A stretch of DNA of 64,000 bases from assembly GCF_006345805.1 (NCBI RefSeq), contig NC_042997.1, forward strand, positions 61,008,001 to 61,072,000. The letters are read 5' to 3'. This document shows, piece after piece, positions 12,330-25,189 of this stretch (positions are counted from its first letter, which is position 1; every line of letters starts with the position of its first letter). Made by a program: the position numbers and the translations under genes. The notes under the pieces were generated by a model that did not search any database, was not told the DNA's origin, and saw nothing but the letters and a program-made list of their open reading frames with translations. Source of the stretch: Octopus sinensis. Lineage: Eukaryota.

Positions 12330-12900
12330 ACGACTTTCAAGATTTGGTTAATTCATAGCATTTTCAGCATGACCTGTTTAACTAAGTGTGAAATTAGCAT
12401 AATGCCTACATAGTCAGATACTGTCACTATATCAATAACTTCTCCTCATAGATAGCTCCATCCAATTCCTTCAATAGCTTTATTACCTATACTGAAGCTA
12501 ACCCCACTTGTTTGGTCCTCTGTCTACTTGGAGTAGTCTCTCATTATCCTACACACTTATTCATAGACATATTTCCATATTTCTTTTGTACTTGTGTCAT
12601 TTTGTACGCATTACTTCCAAATTACTTCCAAGCTGATTAATATGAATACACTACTTTGTGATTCAGAAAGATTCACACCTTTCCTCTTCATAGTGCAAAT
12701 TACAAGCAAACATTCTAATCTGAGTTCCTCTCCTGGCTACATACACCCTTCATTCCAGCCTGGTTTCTCATAGCATATTGTTATTTCCTTCCTTGCACTT
12801 TTTTGTAAGCCTGTTACTTAGCTCATATAACTCTATCCATTGTACTATTTCACCACTAGCTTTCTACTGCGTCACTGGAGGACTGTTTTATCTGTATAAC
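12330..12900 (-). mobile_element. Old decayed RTE fragment
   Basis: Minus strand shows patchy similarity to 56900-57400 (ccaggagaggaac, gaggaccaa, ataaagc, catgctgaaaat). Confidence 0.45.
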
Positions 12901-13517
12901 TGAAAACTCTACTTTACAATGACATGTTAAAGATATAGTCAAAGATAATATATTTTCTAAACTTATGATAATATTTGTTCTGCAACATTCACAATTAAAT
13001 ACTACACCGGAACTATTTTTAGATTGACAAAGAGCAATAGCAGCACAAACAAAAAAACCTTCTTCATTTCCTGATTTTATCCATTATTGTCATCTTTTTC
13101 CCCACTCACACAAAAATAAAGATTCCCTGTCTACTTGGAGACACCAATAGAAAAGTTCATTTATCTACCTTAAAAGAATTAACTTGGAAACTCTCTGAAC
13201 ATAGGTGGAAGGCAGTACTCTAGAATAAAAATAAAACTAGCAGCCAACAAGTCAAACAGCCAACTTCAAATTAAAATGAATCATCTTCATAATTACTATT
13301 AATGACTACTGTTCCAACACTTAAACTAATTTTTGGACTCTCCCTAACAAAGAAATCAATATTCCACAGAATATTTACTAAACTTTTCAAGTAATATTCT
13401 GATTTTAGCTTCAATCAAAAAAGCAATAATCTCAGCATCCCTATTTATCTCAGGATTGCGTATTGCTAAAGTCAAGTAGTTACATCCAATGATAACCATT
13501 CCTTTTAAATTAACCAG

Positions 13518-13669
13518 CAGCGAGACATTTCCTACAAACAAACTCAGGCTATTCATCACCAAAAGTTATTTTGAAACCATATTCAGTTCACACATATAAA
13601 ATGAAAATACAGAAAATAAATACAGAGAGACAATATCAGTTCATACCAGAAAAACCTATTTTTGATTTG
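13518..13669 (+). CDS. Candidate internal exon, phase 1-0 (ARHFLQTNSGYSSPKVILKPYSVHTYKMKIQKINTERQYQFIPEKPIFDL)
   Basis: NAGNAG acceptor at 13516-13520, perfect donor TTG|GTAAGT at 13670, 152 nt open frame. Confidence 0.45.
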
Positions 13670-13864
13670 GTAAGTATTCGACATTTCCATAAACTAAACA
13701 AAAAAACTCTCTCATTCCTGATTGTATGCTTGTATGCTTTCTGACTTTTATTATCGTAATTCATCTTTCAAACTTCCTCCTCATATATATGTGTGTATGT
13801 GACAGAAAGAGAGAGAGAGGGGGAGGGGAGAGGGAGAAAGAGCAAGTGTGTGTGGGTGTATATA

Positions 13865-14079
13865 TACATACACACAGAGATATATATATACATGTATATA
13901 TATATATATACACATATATATATACATATATACATATATATATATAGATATATACATATATATATATACATATATATATACATATATATGTACATATTTA
14001 CATATATATACATATATATATACATATATATACATATATATATACATATATATACACATATATATACATATATATATAC

Positions 14080-14123
<44 letters not shown>

Positions 14124-14127
14124 TATA
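13865..14127. repeat. Degenerate (TA)n/(TATATATACA)n satellite
   Basis: Directly visible; source of the IY-repeat ORFs. Confidence 0.95.
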
Positions 14128-16590
14128 TCATCATCATCATTTAGCGTCCGCTTTCCATGCTAGCATGGGTTGGACGGTTCAACTGGGGTCTGTGAAGCCA
14201 GAAGGCTGCATCAGGCCCAGTCTGATCTGGCAGTGTTTCTACGGCTGGATGCCCTTCCTAACGCCAACCACTCCGTGAGTGTAGTGGGTGCTTTTTACGT
14301 GTCACCCGCACAGGTGCCAGACAGAGCTGGCAAACAGCCATGGACGGATGGTGCTTTTTACGTGCCACCGGCACGGGGGCCAGGCGAGGCTGGCAATGGC
14401 CACGATCGGATGGTGCTTTTTACATGCCACCGGCACGGGGGCCAGGCGAGGCTGGCAACGGCCACGAACGGATAGTGCTTTTTACGTGCCACCGGCACAG
14501 GGGCCAGGCAAGGCTGGCAACGGCCACGAATGGATGGTGCTTTTTACGTGCCACCGACATGGAGGCCAGTTGGGGCGGCGCTGGCAACAGCCACGATCGG
14601 ATGGTTCGCTTACTTGTCACCGGCACTGGTATCACAGCTGCAATTTCCGTTGATGTTGATTGACTTCGATTTTGGTTCTGCTTTCTGATATCTGATTTGA
14701 TTTGGTTTGATTTTGATTTTCACTTGCCTCAACGGGTCTTCACAAGGGGAGTTTTGTGTCCCAAGAAGGAAAGATATGTATAAGTCGACTGGCTACATAC
14801 CAGGTAGAGGCCACGGGTTATGGTCTCACTAGTCTTGCCGGGTCTTCTCACACACAGCATACTTCCATAGGTCTTGGTCTCTAGTCATTTCCTTAGTGAG
14901 ACCTAAAGTTCGAAGGTCATGCTTCACCACCTCGTCCCAGGTTTTCCTGGGTCTACCTCTTCCACAGGTTCCCTCAACTGCTAGGGTGTGGCACTTTTGC
15001 ACACAACTATCTTCAACCATTCTCGTCACATGACCATACCAGCGCAAACGTCTCTCTTGCACACAACAACTGATGCTTCTTAGGTCCAACTTTTCTCTCA
15101 AGGTACTTACACTCTGTTGATTATGAACACTGACATTACACATCCATCGGAGCATACTGGCTTCATTTCTTGCGAGCTTACGCATATCCTCAGCAGTCAC
15201 AGCCCATGTTTCATTACCATGTAGCATGGCTGTACGTACACATGCATCATATAGTCTGCCTTTTACTCTGAGCGAGAGGCTTTTCGTCACCAGCAGGGGT
15301 AAGAGCTCTCTAAACTTTGCCCAGGCTATTCTTACTCTAGCAGTTACACTTTCAGCACACCCACCCCTGCTACTGACTTGTTTTTTTCCCCTGGAACGTG
15401 GTAGAAGTTGGTCTCTGCACATTTTCAGTGTTTATTGCTCCTGAGCATCTGCCACAGACAAAAACTATTTTCCTAGTTAGCCTTCCTTTGACATTGCTGC
15501 ACCTCTTATGTGTCCATAGCTTACACTTGGTGCACCTTATAGAGTTTCTACCTACACCTTTTTTACAGATCGAGCAGGGCCATCTACCTGAAGGCGATTG
15601 TGATTGGTCTACCTTCCTACTTATTAGGACTTTGGTTTTGGCTAGGTTGATTCTAAGGCCCTTCGATTCTAATCCTTGCTTCCACACCTGAAACTTCTCC
15701 TCCAGTTCTGATAGTGACTCAGCAATTAGAGCAAGGTCATCAAGTCTTTCATCCTCACGGCACAGAACATTGGCAAATTTTTTCTTATCTGCTTCCTCTC
15801 TGGCTAAATACACCTACCTCCTAGCTTCCCTTCTGGCAGTCTGATACACTTCCCTGCTACCACCGTTCTTCCAGTCCTTCCAAGCCTGTTTCTTTTGTCT
15901 AATAGCCCTGTCAACAATATTGTTCCACCATCACGTTATTTTGGGTCTTGAGGGGACTTTGCACCAGCCACAGATCTGGTCAGTGGCTTTCAGCAGGTTG
16001 TCCCTTAGTTGTCTTCTACCCCATGTGTAGCTATACCCCCTTCTATTTCGTCAAAGGCATGTCTCTAAATCTCTGTCCATTCGCATGGTCTTTAAGCTTC
16101 CAGACCCTTCTTCTCCATGTTGGTCATCTTCTAGTCGCCCTCTTAGTCCTGATCCTAAAGTCACTAACTACCAGTCTATGTTGTGGGGTACATTCTTCGC
16201 CTGGGAAGGTTTTGGCATTTATAAGCAGCCATCTTTCCCTTTTTCTGGCAAGGATGTAGTTGATTTGGCTAGTATGCCGGCCCGATCGGTAGGTGACCAG
16301 GTGGCTTGTCGGTTTCCTGAAGTTAGTGTTGCAAACCATAAGACTATTCGCATCGCAGAACTCCAGCAGCCTGGTTCCATCCTCGTTGCGGGAACCATAA
16401 CTGTAGCCTCTATGTACGCCATGGAAGCCCCCAGCATGTCGTCCAACATGCCCATTGAAGTCACCAGCCACAAAGAGAAGGTCCCTGTCATTCGTCAATG
16501 AGGTGGTCTGCAGTAGGGTGTCATAGAAACGGTCTTTCTGTCCATCGAGTAGCCTTGACTGAGGGGCATAGGCCAATATAATAGTTGCTA
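14128..16590 (-). mobile_element. RTE-clade LINE with internal deletion of the RT core
   Basis: APE fragment (AYAPQ, GDFNGHVG, NTNFRK, QHRLVVSDF) 16124-16590; REDERL fused to DDLALIA at about 15741; PHD-type finger; C-terminal domain 14829-15422; 3' UTR and (GAT)n tail at 14128. Confidence 0.92.
14285..14625. repeat. 62-bp GC-rich tandem repeat (about 5 copies) in RTE 3' UTR
   Basis: (g/a)tgccacc recurs at 14362, 14424, 14486 and 14548. Confidence 0.9.
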
Positions 16591-17110
16591 AAGTCTTTAA
16601 AGTTTCGAGCCTATGCTCTTTCACAGAAAGGAACACAAAGAAACAGGGAGAGAAAATAAAGAACCTGTAGTGGCTAACAATCTATCATGGTGAATGCCAA
16701 ACAGAGGAGTCACACAGGAGAGCTAGGAAGAAGGGAAGATAATAAAGTAGTAGTGATCCCAAAACGAAGGTGCGTGTGCATGTATGTGTGTGTGGAAAAG
16801 GGCTGGTGACCTTGATGCGTGCTTGTGTGCATGTGTAGGTGTGTGGATGATGGTGTAGATGCTCAGAAGTGGTCAGTGCTAGTGTGTGTATGGTGGTGTA
16901 ATTTGATGTGGTATTTTGTGACATGGTAGTGTGTGGTGTGGTGTGGTGGTGTTGGGATGTGGAGGAGGTGAGTGTGGGGAAAGCAAGGGTTGGGTGTGGG
17001 TTAGGCTAAAGGTGGGGTATGTGGGAGTGGGTTTAAAGGATGGGGTGGGGGTTGTCTGGAGGCCATGATTGAAGCCCATGGTGTTTTTATTGAATAAATT
17101 TATTCTTTCG
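16591..17110 (-). mobile_element. Penelope-like pseudo-LTR fragment with degenerate minimal hammerhead, joined to the RTE
   Basis: Minus strand pyrimidine-rich UTR ending cctttCTGTGAAA-GAGC-ATAG-GCTC-GAAAC-TTTAAAGACTTT then RTE sequence. Confidence 0.5.
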
Positions 17111-17409
17111 AATTTCAAGTTATCTTTATATAATTTTGGTAAATATATATGTCAAAATGAGATGTTAATGTTATTTTCATTTTTACGTAATTTAGACGAC
17201 AGTTTATTCAGTGTACCCTATATATGTGTGTGTGTGTGTGTGTGTGTGCATGTGTGTATGTATTCATCTATTGTTTACAAACAGGTCAGAGTTGGTGACA
17301 GGAAGGACATCCAGCTGTAGAAAACCTACCTCAACAAATTCTATCTAACTCATGCAAACATGAAAAAGTGGATGTTAAATTATGACTATGATGATCATTC
17401 AAAATGTGA

Positions 17410-17597
17410 CTGCGTGTGTACCGTTGGCGATTTTTTTTCTTCTGTTTTCCCTTCTTTGGATCTTTCCTATATTTCTGACGAAGAGCTCCGCTCGAAACGC
17501 TAAACCCTCCTTCTTTCCTTCTTTCTTGAGTGTCCAATAATACTATACTTGTTCCACATCCTCGCGTTGTTGTGTTTTCATGTTTGGATTAACTATA
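17410..17597 (+). mobile_element. Penelope-like pseudo-LTR fragment ending in (TA)n
   Basis: Pyrimidine-rich segment with minimal hammerhead motif; 3' end tggattaac(ta)n. Confidence 0.55.
17472..17504 (+). ncRNA. Minimal hammerhead-like motif (degenerate stem III)
   Basis: TTT-CTGACGA-A-GAGC-TCC-GCTC-GAAA-CGCT-AAA. Confidence 0.45.
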
Positions 17598-18427
17598 TAT
17601 ATATATATATATATATACATACAGAGAGAGAGATACACACAGAGGCAGTTATGTGGTTAAGGAGTTTATTTTGCAACCATGTGGTTTTGGGTTTCTTCCT
17701 GCAACATAACACCATGGGTAGGTTTGTTTTATATATATGTATATAGTGGACTTCCATCTAGTTTCTATCTACTAGTTCCATTCACTGTAGTAGATGGCAC
17801 CTATTCATGGTGATGTGCAGCAAGAACCTGAAACCATATGACTGTAAAGTAAACTCCTTAATCACAAAGACACACACACACACACTTATATATTATGTTT
17901 GTATGTGCCTTTGCTTTCCCATTGTGTTGACAATGTTTGCAAATGTCATAAAAAGAATGTCACTATATAAGTGATGCCTTTGAATACATCTACTGCAAAA
18001 ATTTGTTTGGACATAGAACTGTTCATTGTTCAAAATAGGATATTAGTTGGAAAGACGGGTTGGTCATAAGAAGAAACATCTAGCTATAGATAATTGTCTC
18101 AAGAAATTACTTCAAACTTATACCAGCATGGAAAACCTGGATGTTAAAATGATGATAAAGATGGTGATAATGATATGCAATATGTATTTAAAATATACCA
18201 TAAAATATTTTTACACATATACATAGATATATATATGAATGCATACATATGCATGTATGCATACATGTGCATGCACACACATATGAAAAACAAAGAACAT
18301 TGTTCATCAAGAAACTGAAATATGTAACCGAATTACTTCATGATGTTAATATATTACAACGTTAATTCTCAAAGATTTATCCTGGCCAATGCCTGGTATT
18401 TTGGTGAAAATATATACTTTACATATC

Positions 18428-18640
18428 TACGAGGGAATACCCAAAAGAGACCAGAATTTTGCAATATTATTTTATTCACTTAGTTTTGCATGTTTACGCT
18501 TTTATCACCTTCAAAGTATTCTCCATTTGAAGCAATGCATTGGTCCAGACACATTTCCCACTGTTGGAAGCAGTGCTGGCATTCTTGCAAAGGGATGCCT
18601 TTTAATGACTCTGTCATCTTTTTCTTCCCTCTTCCACATC
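18428..18640 (-). mobile_element. Mariner 3' end relic
   Basis: tacgagggaatacccaaaag TIR-like end; minus strand reads like transposase C-terminus (QQWEMCLDQCIASNGEYFEG). Confidence 0.6.
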
Positions 18641-20290
18641 TGTAAATTCCAGAGCACAATTACAGTAGCTGGAAGTACTAATTTACATACTGAAAATGTC
18701 AACATTTATTTTTAAATATCAGAGGCCTGACAACAGGGATCTCAGTTCACACAGTATAAAGGTATGATATATGTAACCTGTATAAAACTAAATAAACAGG
18801 GCTAATTTAGCTGATAAATATAATCATCTCCATTGTCATTTTAAATTTTTCCATACTTGCATTGGTTGAATGGAGTTTATTGAATCAGAATTTCTACAGA
18901 CAAATGCCCTTCCTGTCTTCATCCCTCACCTGAGCAGACATGCCCTCATAGAATATTGAAAATGAATGACACTACTTATGTAATAGTCTCATCCATGTAC
19001 AATTACTAAGTAATGTCCAAATAAGAAGATAAAAACATACACACACATATGCACGATGAACTTCTTTCTGTTTCCATCAACCAAATCCACTCTCGAGGCT
19101 TTGGTCTGTCTGGAGGTATTGTAGAAGACATTTATCCAAGGTGTCACATAGGGGGACTGGATTCAAAATCCATGCAATTAGGAAGTAAGCTTAAGAAGAA
19201 TGAAGAAAAATGTATTATCCTTGTCCCTGGTCTTGAACCACCTACCTTTTGGTTAATAGCCAAACATGCTGACTGTGCCACATACAATGTATATATATAT
19301 ATATATATGTGTGTGTGCATGTAAACACATTCATGCACACTCATACACAAACATATACTCTTTATAGTAATATGAGTTTGCCATCTGTTAATTTTATTAA
19401 TTTTGTGTATTCTAGTTCTCCTTGATCATCACTAATTCAACATGTTTTGTAATATCTGACATAAGAATACATTGACACTATTCATTTTCAACTTGCATAT
19501 TTCTCTGTCTCACTATGTCATTCCAGCATCTTTGATATATCATCCAATACTTATAATTAATACTAAGACATACATTTCCTTTTAATAGATATTATTCAAT
19601 AGAGCTCACTTTGATGTGATTTTTCCCAGATTTACAAATCAACAAGTACTGCTTTAAGTACTTTAGCTATTGTTGTTTCAGTAGAAATATAATATCCCAG
19701 TGTAAACGAAGATTTTACTATATATTCTCAATTAATCTTAATATTATTCTTGAGCCATAGGGTTCATAAGGTTGATTACCCAGTTTCCATGGAGTATAAA
19801 TGACTGAGATCACAACACTTCCCCTGAATAGGAGACACTCTATTGCAGTATTTCTAAGGAGAGGGGACAAGTTGATTGTATCAACTCCAGTATTTTACTG
19901 TTACTTTATTTCATCAACTGCAAAGGAATGAGAGGCACAGTAGGCCTAGGCAGGATTTGAACTCAGAACACAGACAACCAGGAGAAATACTGCAAAGCAT
20001 TTTGTCCAATGTGCTAATGATTCTACCAGTTTGTTATTACCTTACAATATATTCTGGCCTAACTAAAACAAAGTTTGTTATAAAAGTTTTGAGCAATAAC
20101 AACACTATTTCAAGTGTTTTATCATTATTATTTTATGTATATATATAATATAATTTAAGGCCAAGATTCAGAGACTGAAAGTTGATAAAATAAAATATCA
20201 GGCAGATACTTAGGTAATTAAATTGACCACATTACTTCAGGCAAAATGTGTAGTACGTTACCTTCATTAGAAATAACCAGTTACAATAAC

Positions 20291-20518
20291 TATCTCTCTC
20301 TATATAAACGGCAGTTTGTCTGTGCATTTTCTGTGTGTCTGTTTTCTCGTACCCTCACTCTGACCACGGCTTTCAACCGATTCTGATGAAACTTGACACA
20401 CACATAGCCCAATGTCATAATTCAAAACTAACGCAGCGAAAATTTTGAAAAGTTCCCCCAGTTCTGAAAAAAATCGATAAATTCGACATGGGGTCGAGAA
20501 TCAGAAACCCAAACCAAG
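20291..20518 (-). mobile_element. DINE/HINE-like (Helitron-related) non-autonomous fragment
   Basis: ctatataaacggcagtttgtctgtg...ttcaaccgattctgatgaaacttg motif typical of this class. Confidence 0.5.
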
Positions 20519-20645
20519 CATATATCTGACTCATACATTGTTCGCTTTCCAGACATTTGTACATTACTGCATATGCTTTATATGCACTTTCGACAAGTTG
20601 TGGTGCACCTGAGCACTGTATACAATAATTTCATTATTATTATTA
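20519..20645 (+). mobile_element. Retroelement 3' tail ending (TTA)n
   Basis: Near-identical to 58711-58836 and to the reverse of 1-63. Confidence 0.75.
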
Positions 20646-21144
20646 TAACTATATAGTTATTATATATACATTATGCATGCTTCAGGTGTACATTAATAAA
20701 CCTTTCACATATGAACCAGATGTGGCTAATTTTAATGTTAAATGTTGATTTATTTAGTGTAGCAATAATAACAGGCTATGTTCTATTTTATTAAACAGTT
20801 TGTTAATAAGTTCCAATATTTAATATGAACATCTTCATTATTCAAACAGTTTCAATAATAAAGGAAGTCTGAGAACCATGAGATCTGATAGTGAAGATGT
20901 CACCAGGTCACATCAATATTGATTCAGTAAATATTCTGTAATTATACTATTAATGTCTTCAAGAATGATTTTCATTCACACTTCCCATATGAACACAGTC
21001 ATGTGCCTTAATAAGAAATCGATAATTAAGTTTTCTAATGTTTATATTGTAATATATGTCATTAATCTTACTGGGCACATATATCTATTGTAGATTTCTA
21101 CAATTATCACAATGATTCAGATTATTATTACAGGAATACATAAA

Positions 21145-21364
21145 GTGACATGCTGGCAGTATCATTAGTCTGCTGGACAAAATGGATAACATCATTTTTT
21201 TGTCTGTTTTTATGTTCTGAGTTTAAATTCCACTGAGGTTGACTTTGCCTTTCATTCTTTTGGGTTTGATAAGGTAAGTACCAGCCAGGCATTGGGGTTG
21301 ATGTAATCAACTAGCCCCTTCCCCACAATTTTCATGCCTTGTGCCAATAGAAGAGAGACTTATT
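21145..21364 (+). mobile_element. SINE family A
   Basis: gctggcagtatcattag...gttctgagtttaaattcc...gactttgcctttcat...ccttgtgcc. Confidence 0.8.
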
Positions 21365-22614
21365 ATGGGAGTACATACTAAAAAAGAATTTTTTAAAAAT
21401 TGTTTCATACTGAATAACCATATATTTCTATATGATCACTGATTGTGACTATATAGTTTACAGTCTTAAAACAAATTTAACATTTTACCAATTTTTTTCA
21501 TTTTTTGGGAAAGTAAACAGAAACCTAAAACACAATTTTTTTAAAGAAATATTTACATATTTTATAAAAGAAATATTATCTATATAATATTGAAATGAAA
21601 TATTATATATGTTTATATCATTAATATATATATTCTCTAAGATTTCTATAATTTTATTAACTTTGTTCAATAGTGCATTTTTCTCTAACTTAAGGCTATT
21701 GAAATCAAAACTTTTGAATAAGAAAAGGTAATGAAAAACAGTTATTAACTATGAGAATCAACAGATCTTCAAACTGCTACTGCCTCTGACCTAAAAAATT
21801 GCACATACCTCATATATATTCTCTCTTTTGTTACCTTTCTTCATGTGAGGAAAAAAAACTGTCCAACCACTATTGCCTAATAAGAACCATCTTCTGGCCT
21901 TAGAAAGAACACCTCAACAGGTGAAAACCTTTTGCTTTTGAATGACACTTTTTTTCCAGCAATCACAGATTTTCAGAAACACAATGACATCTATTTGGGA
22001 CATTCATAGGGTTCAGTGTGTGGTTATTAACAACCCATCTACCTCATTTCATAACTTGCACTGGTTACCAAAATAAGAGTGCATATACTTTAAAAATCTG
22101 ATTTTGATCAATATGTTGAAAATATCAATTGTGATTGCCTTACATGATAGATGTTTTTTTTCCCCAATCATCCCTTTATAACTATTGCACCTTTACTTTA
22201 TTTACACTGGTTAACTCTAGTTATGGAGAAATTGCATAGCACAACTTTAAGGCTTAGTAAAAAAAATATGGAATATAAAGCTAATTTATGAATCATTATC
22301 ATACTACTAAAAGTTAAGTCTACTAAAAACTAAGTTTTGTTTGTGCTATGCCAGAGAAAATACGTCTAACCCATATCAGCATGGAAAAACAAATGTAAAA
22401 TGATGATGGTAGTTACTACAATTATTTTCTCAATGATTCTTACTAATACCAACATCAAGTTCATGATCTCAGAAGGATTTATTATAGAATTATATAAAAA
22501 TTAAGCAACATGTTGGAAGGGAACTTGTTCAAAGTATCTCTAGTATATGTAAATCAAAGCAAAGTAGTTTCTTCCTTGAATGATGTTTAATATAATGATA
22601 TAATATTTATCTTA

Positions 22615-23012
22615 AAGGTAGCAGGCTGGCAGAATCATTAGCATGCTGGGCAAAATGCTTAGTGGCATTTTGTCTGTTTTTATGCTGTGAGTTCTAACTC
22701 TGCCAAAGTTTACTTTGGCATTCATATTTTGGGGATCGATGTAATTGACTTCCACAAAATTGCTGGTCTTGTACCAAAATTTGAAATCAATATAATATTT
22801 ATCTTGGTGGGATCACTAGTGTGTCAGGCAAAAAGCTTAGTAACATTTTGTCCACCTTTATGTTCTGAGTTCAAATGCCTCCAGGGTCGATTTTACCTTT
22901 CATCCTTTCAAGGTCAGTAAAATAAGTACCAGTTGAACACTGGGTCAATGTAATCAACTTACCTTACCCCTTCCCTGAAACTGTTGGCCTTGTACCAAAA
23001 TTTGAAATCAAT
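22615..23012 (+). mobile_element. Two head-to-tail SINE family A copies
   Basis: Heads near 22615 and 22800; both end ttgtaccaaaatttgaaatcaata. Confidence 0.75.
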
Positions 23013-23955
23013 ATATTTATCTTATATGAAATGTATATCAAGTCGCCAAGATATCTGATCAGAAAATTGAGAAAAAAATATTGAGTAGTAATAGAAAGCA
23101 AAAAGAATATAAGTGTGGCTGTTGAATTACATTATGGAAAAACTATATGGTAACTGGGCAACTTCTTACTGTAAATTGACAGATCTCTTATATCAGTCTA
23201 TAATTTGCATGCCTGTTAGTGTTTAATAATAAACACTATACTTGTAACTGGCTATAAATTATCTTCATCACCTAGACAACAACATGTCTTTCAATTTAAA
23301 ACATCCCTAACATTAATATAGTCTCAAACATAATTACACCATCTCTCCTGGAATATATTCTTTTATGGTTGTTGCAACATTTCAGTGGCCTATTAGATAA
23401 AAGAATTAAAGAAGATTTATAATTGGCTATTATTTGTAGCAATAAATTCTTTCCTTACAACCATCATCATGTAATTTTATCATACAGGGTACAACAAAAA
23501 AACTTCCTGCATTTTAACAGGTTAACAAAAAGGTCAAAGTAAATATTATTTTAAAACATTTTAATTATGCTAGCAGAAAGAGTACAGTTTGTTGTTTTGA
23601 ACATGGCCTCTAATCATGATACACTATTAAAGTTTACCATAACTCAGCAAGTCTGCCTTAAAAGATAACAACATCTGCAGGAACATTGTGAAGGGTATCC
23701 TCACATCATGCCGTGCAATTTTCCCTGTCACGTTTCAAACTGCCTGAAATAGTGGCCAAAGTTTCCTTAAATTACCTTTACCCTCATTGGAATATTAAAA
23801 ATAAATTACAAATCAAAAATATAAATAAATTTATAAAATATTTTAACAGAAAAGAATACAAGTCAAAATATGTGCATAATAAATGTACCTACAAAAACAA
23901 GAGAATTTTTGAGAAAAATCAAAATTAAAATCTAAATGAAAATGTAAATTTTCAG

Positions 23956-24030
23956 GATCCTATCAGAACTTTAGGAAGTAGAAAAGCAGCAGCCTTTGCT
24001 CCTATCAATGAGGAAATGAAAATTCAAAGG
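23956..24030 (+). CDS. Candidate internal exon, phase 0-0 (DPIRTLGSRKAAAFAPINEEMKIQR)
   Basis: Acceptor taaattttcAG, 75 nt open frame, GC-enriched relative to flanks, donor AGG|GTATTT. Confidence 0.45.
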
Positions 24031-25189
24031 GTATTTTACAATTTTTAATCAATTTCTTTTTCTTTGAAAAAAATTTTGGACAGTGAAGCTTAATTAAAAT
24101 TTTTTTTTAAATACTATAAAAACAAACTTCTTTTAGGTGAATGTTTAGTTTATTTTATAATTAGAGATTATATTCTTTACTGAATGCAAATGAAACTAAA
24201 ATATAAGCTTAGCATGTGTTGCAGGATGAAGAAACAATAATAAACAGAAAAATGGTTATACAAGATGTAACACTTCTTTAATAACTCTTTGATTAATCAT
24301 AATGTAACAGGATTAATTAGCACCCGTAAGATCACCTATAAAATAGATTGACTGTATCAATGTATATGAAAAGCTAACCAACTTCTTATACATTCATCAG
24401 GTAAACCAGTAACATAAATTGAAATTAAAAGTAAAGTTTAAAAATTATAAATAGGAACATGTTCAGAAAGCACAACAATTACCTATCTATTAATAAAATT
24501 ATTTTCTTTCTGCAAATTTTAACATCTCAAAGAGAATTATATTGTTACAGCAATAAAGAACTTTCTGGCAACTCATTATTAAAAAGACCTATTCTAAAAA
24601 TAGGTGAATAAGTTCAACTGAGTTATATTTGTTTCAAAGAGATGCCTTAATACATCCTACAACAATATATATTGTGAAATGGTTAGCAAGATATATGTAC
24701 AATGTCAATAAAATAAATGTTTAAAAAATATATGTCCATAAATGTGGCTTTATTTCATTCACAGCAACACCAAAACAAATTAAATAACAAATATTCTAGA
24801 GTGTTTACGAAAAGATTAAAATATCTTCTTGACAATAATTAACATTATATAGAAATTTTATCTTTACTACTCTGTTATTACATTACTATTCTTTTTATGT
24901 GTATGAGAGAAAGTGTGTTTATATAAATGCACATGCTTATGTATAAACAGACACACATACACACATTTCTTCTAGGCTACCATCTGTTTGATGCACAATC
25001 ATAATGCTCTACTATAATGCAGTCTGGATAGGATAATTTCAATAAATTTGCTAAATACCAAATTATTTATGAATTCTTTCACTCTTTGTAATAATGAGAT
25101 AAATGTCTATATTATCTATTGGTTGTTATGTAAAGTTGGACATTTACAGTTGTTATAGATGCTGTATAGTGAAACTGATGGAATTATAT

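Noticed and set aside
14285-14625. CRISPR-like regular repeats
   Set aside because: Contiguous tandem units without unique spacers, inside a eukaryotic LINE UTR; no cas genes
24226-24603. Several possible linking exons (DEETIINRKM, IDCINVYEKLTNFLYIHQ, NKELSGNSLLKRPILKI)
   Set aside because: Weak splice sites and no combination gives the required phase 0-to-1 link unambiguously
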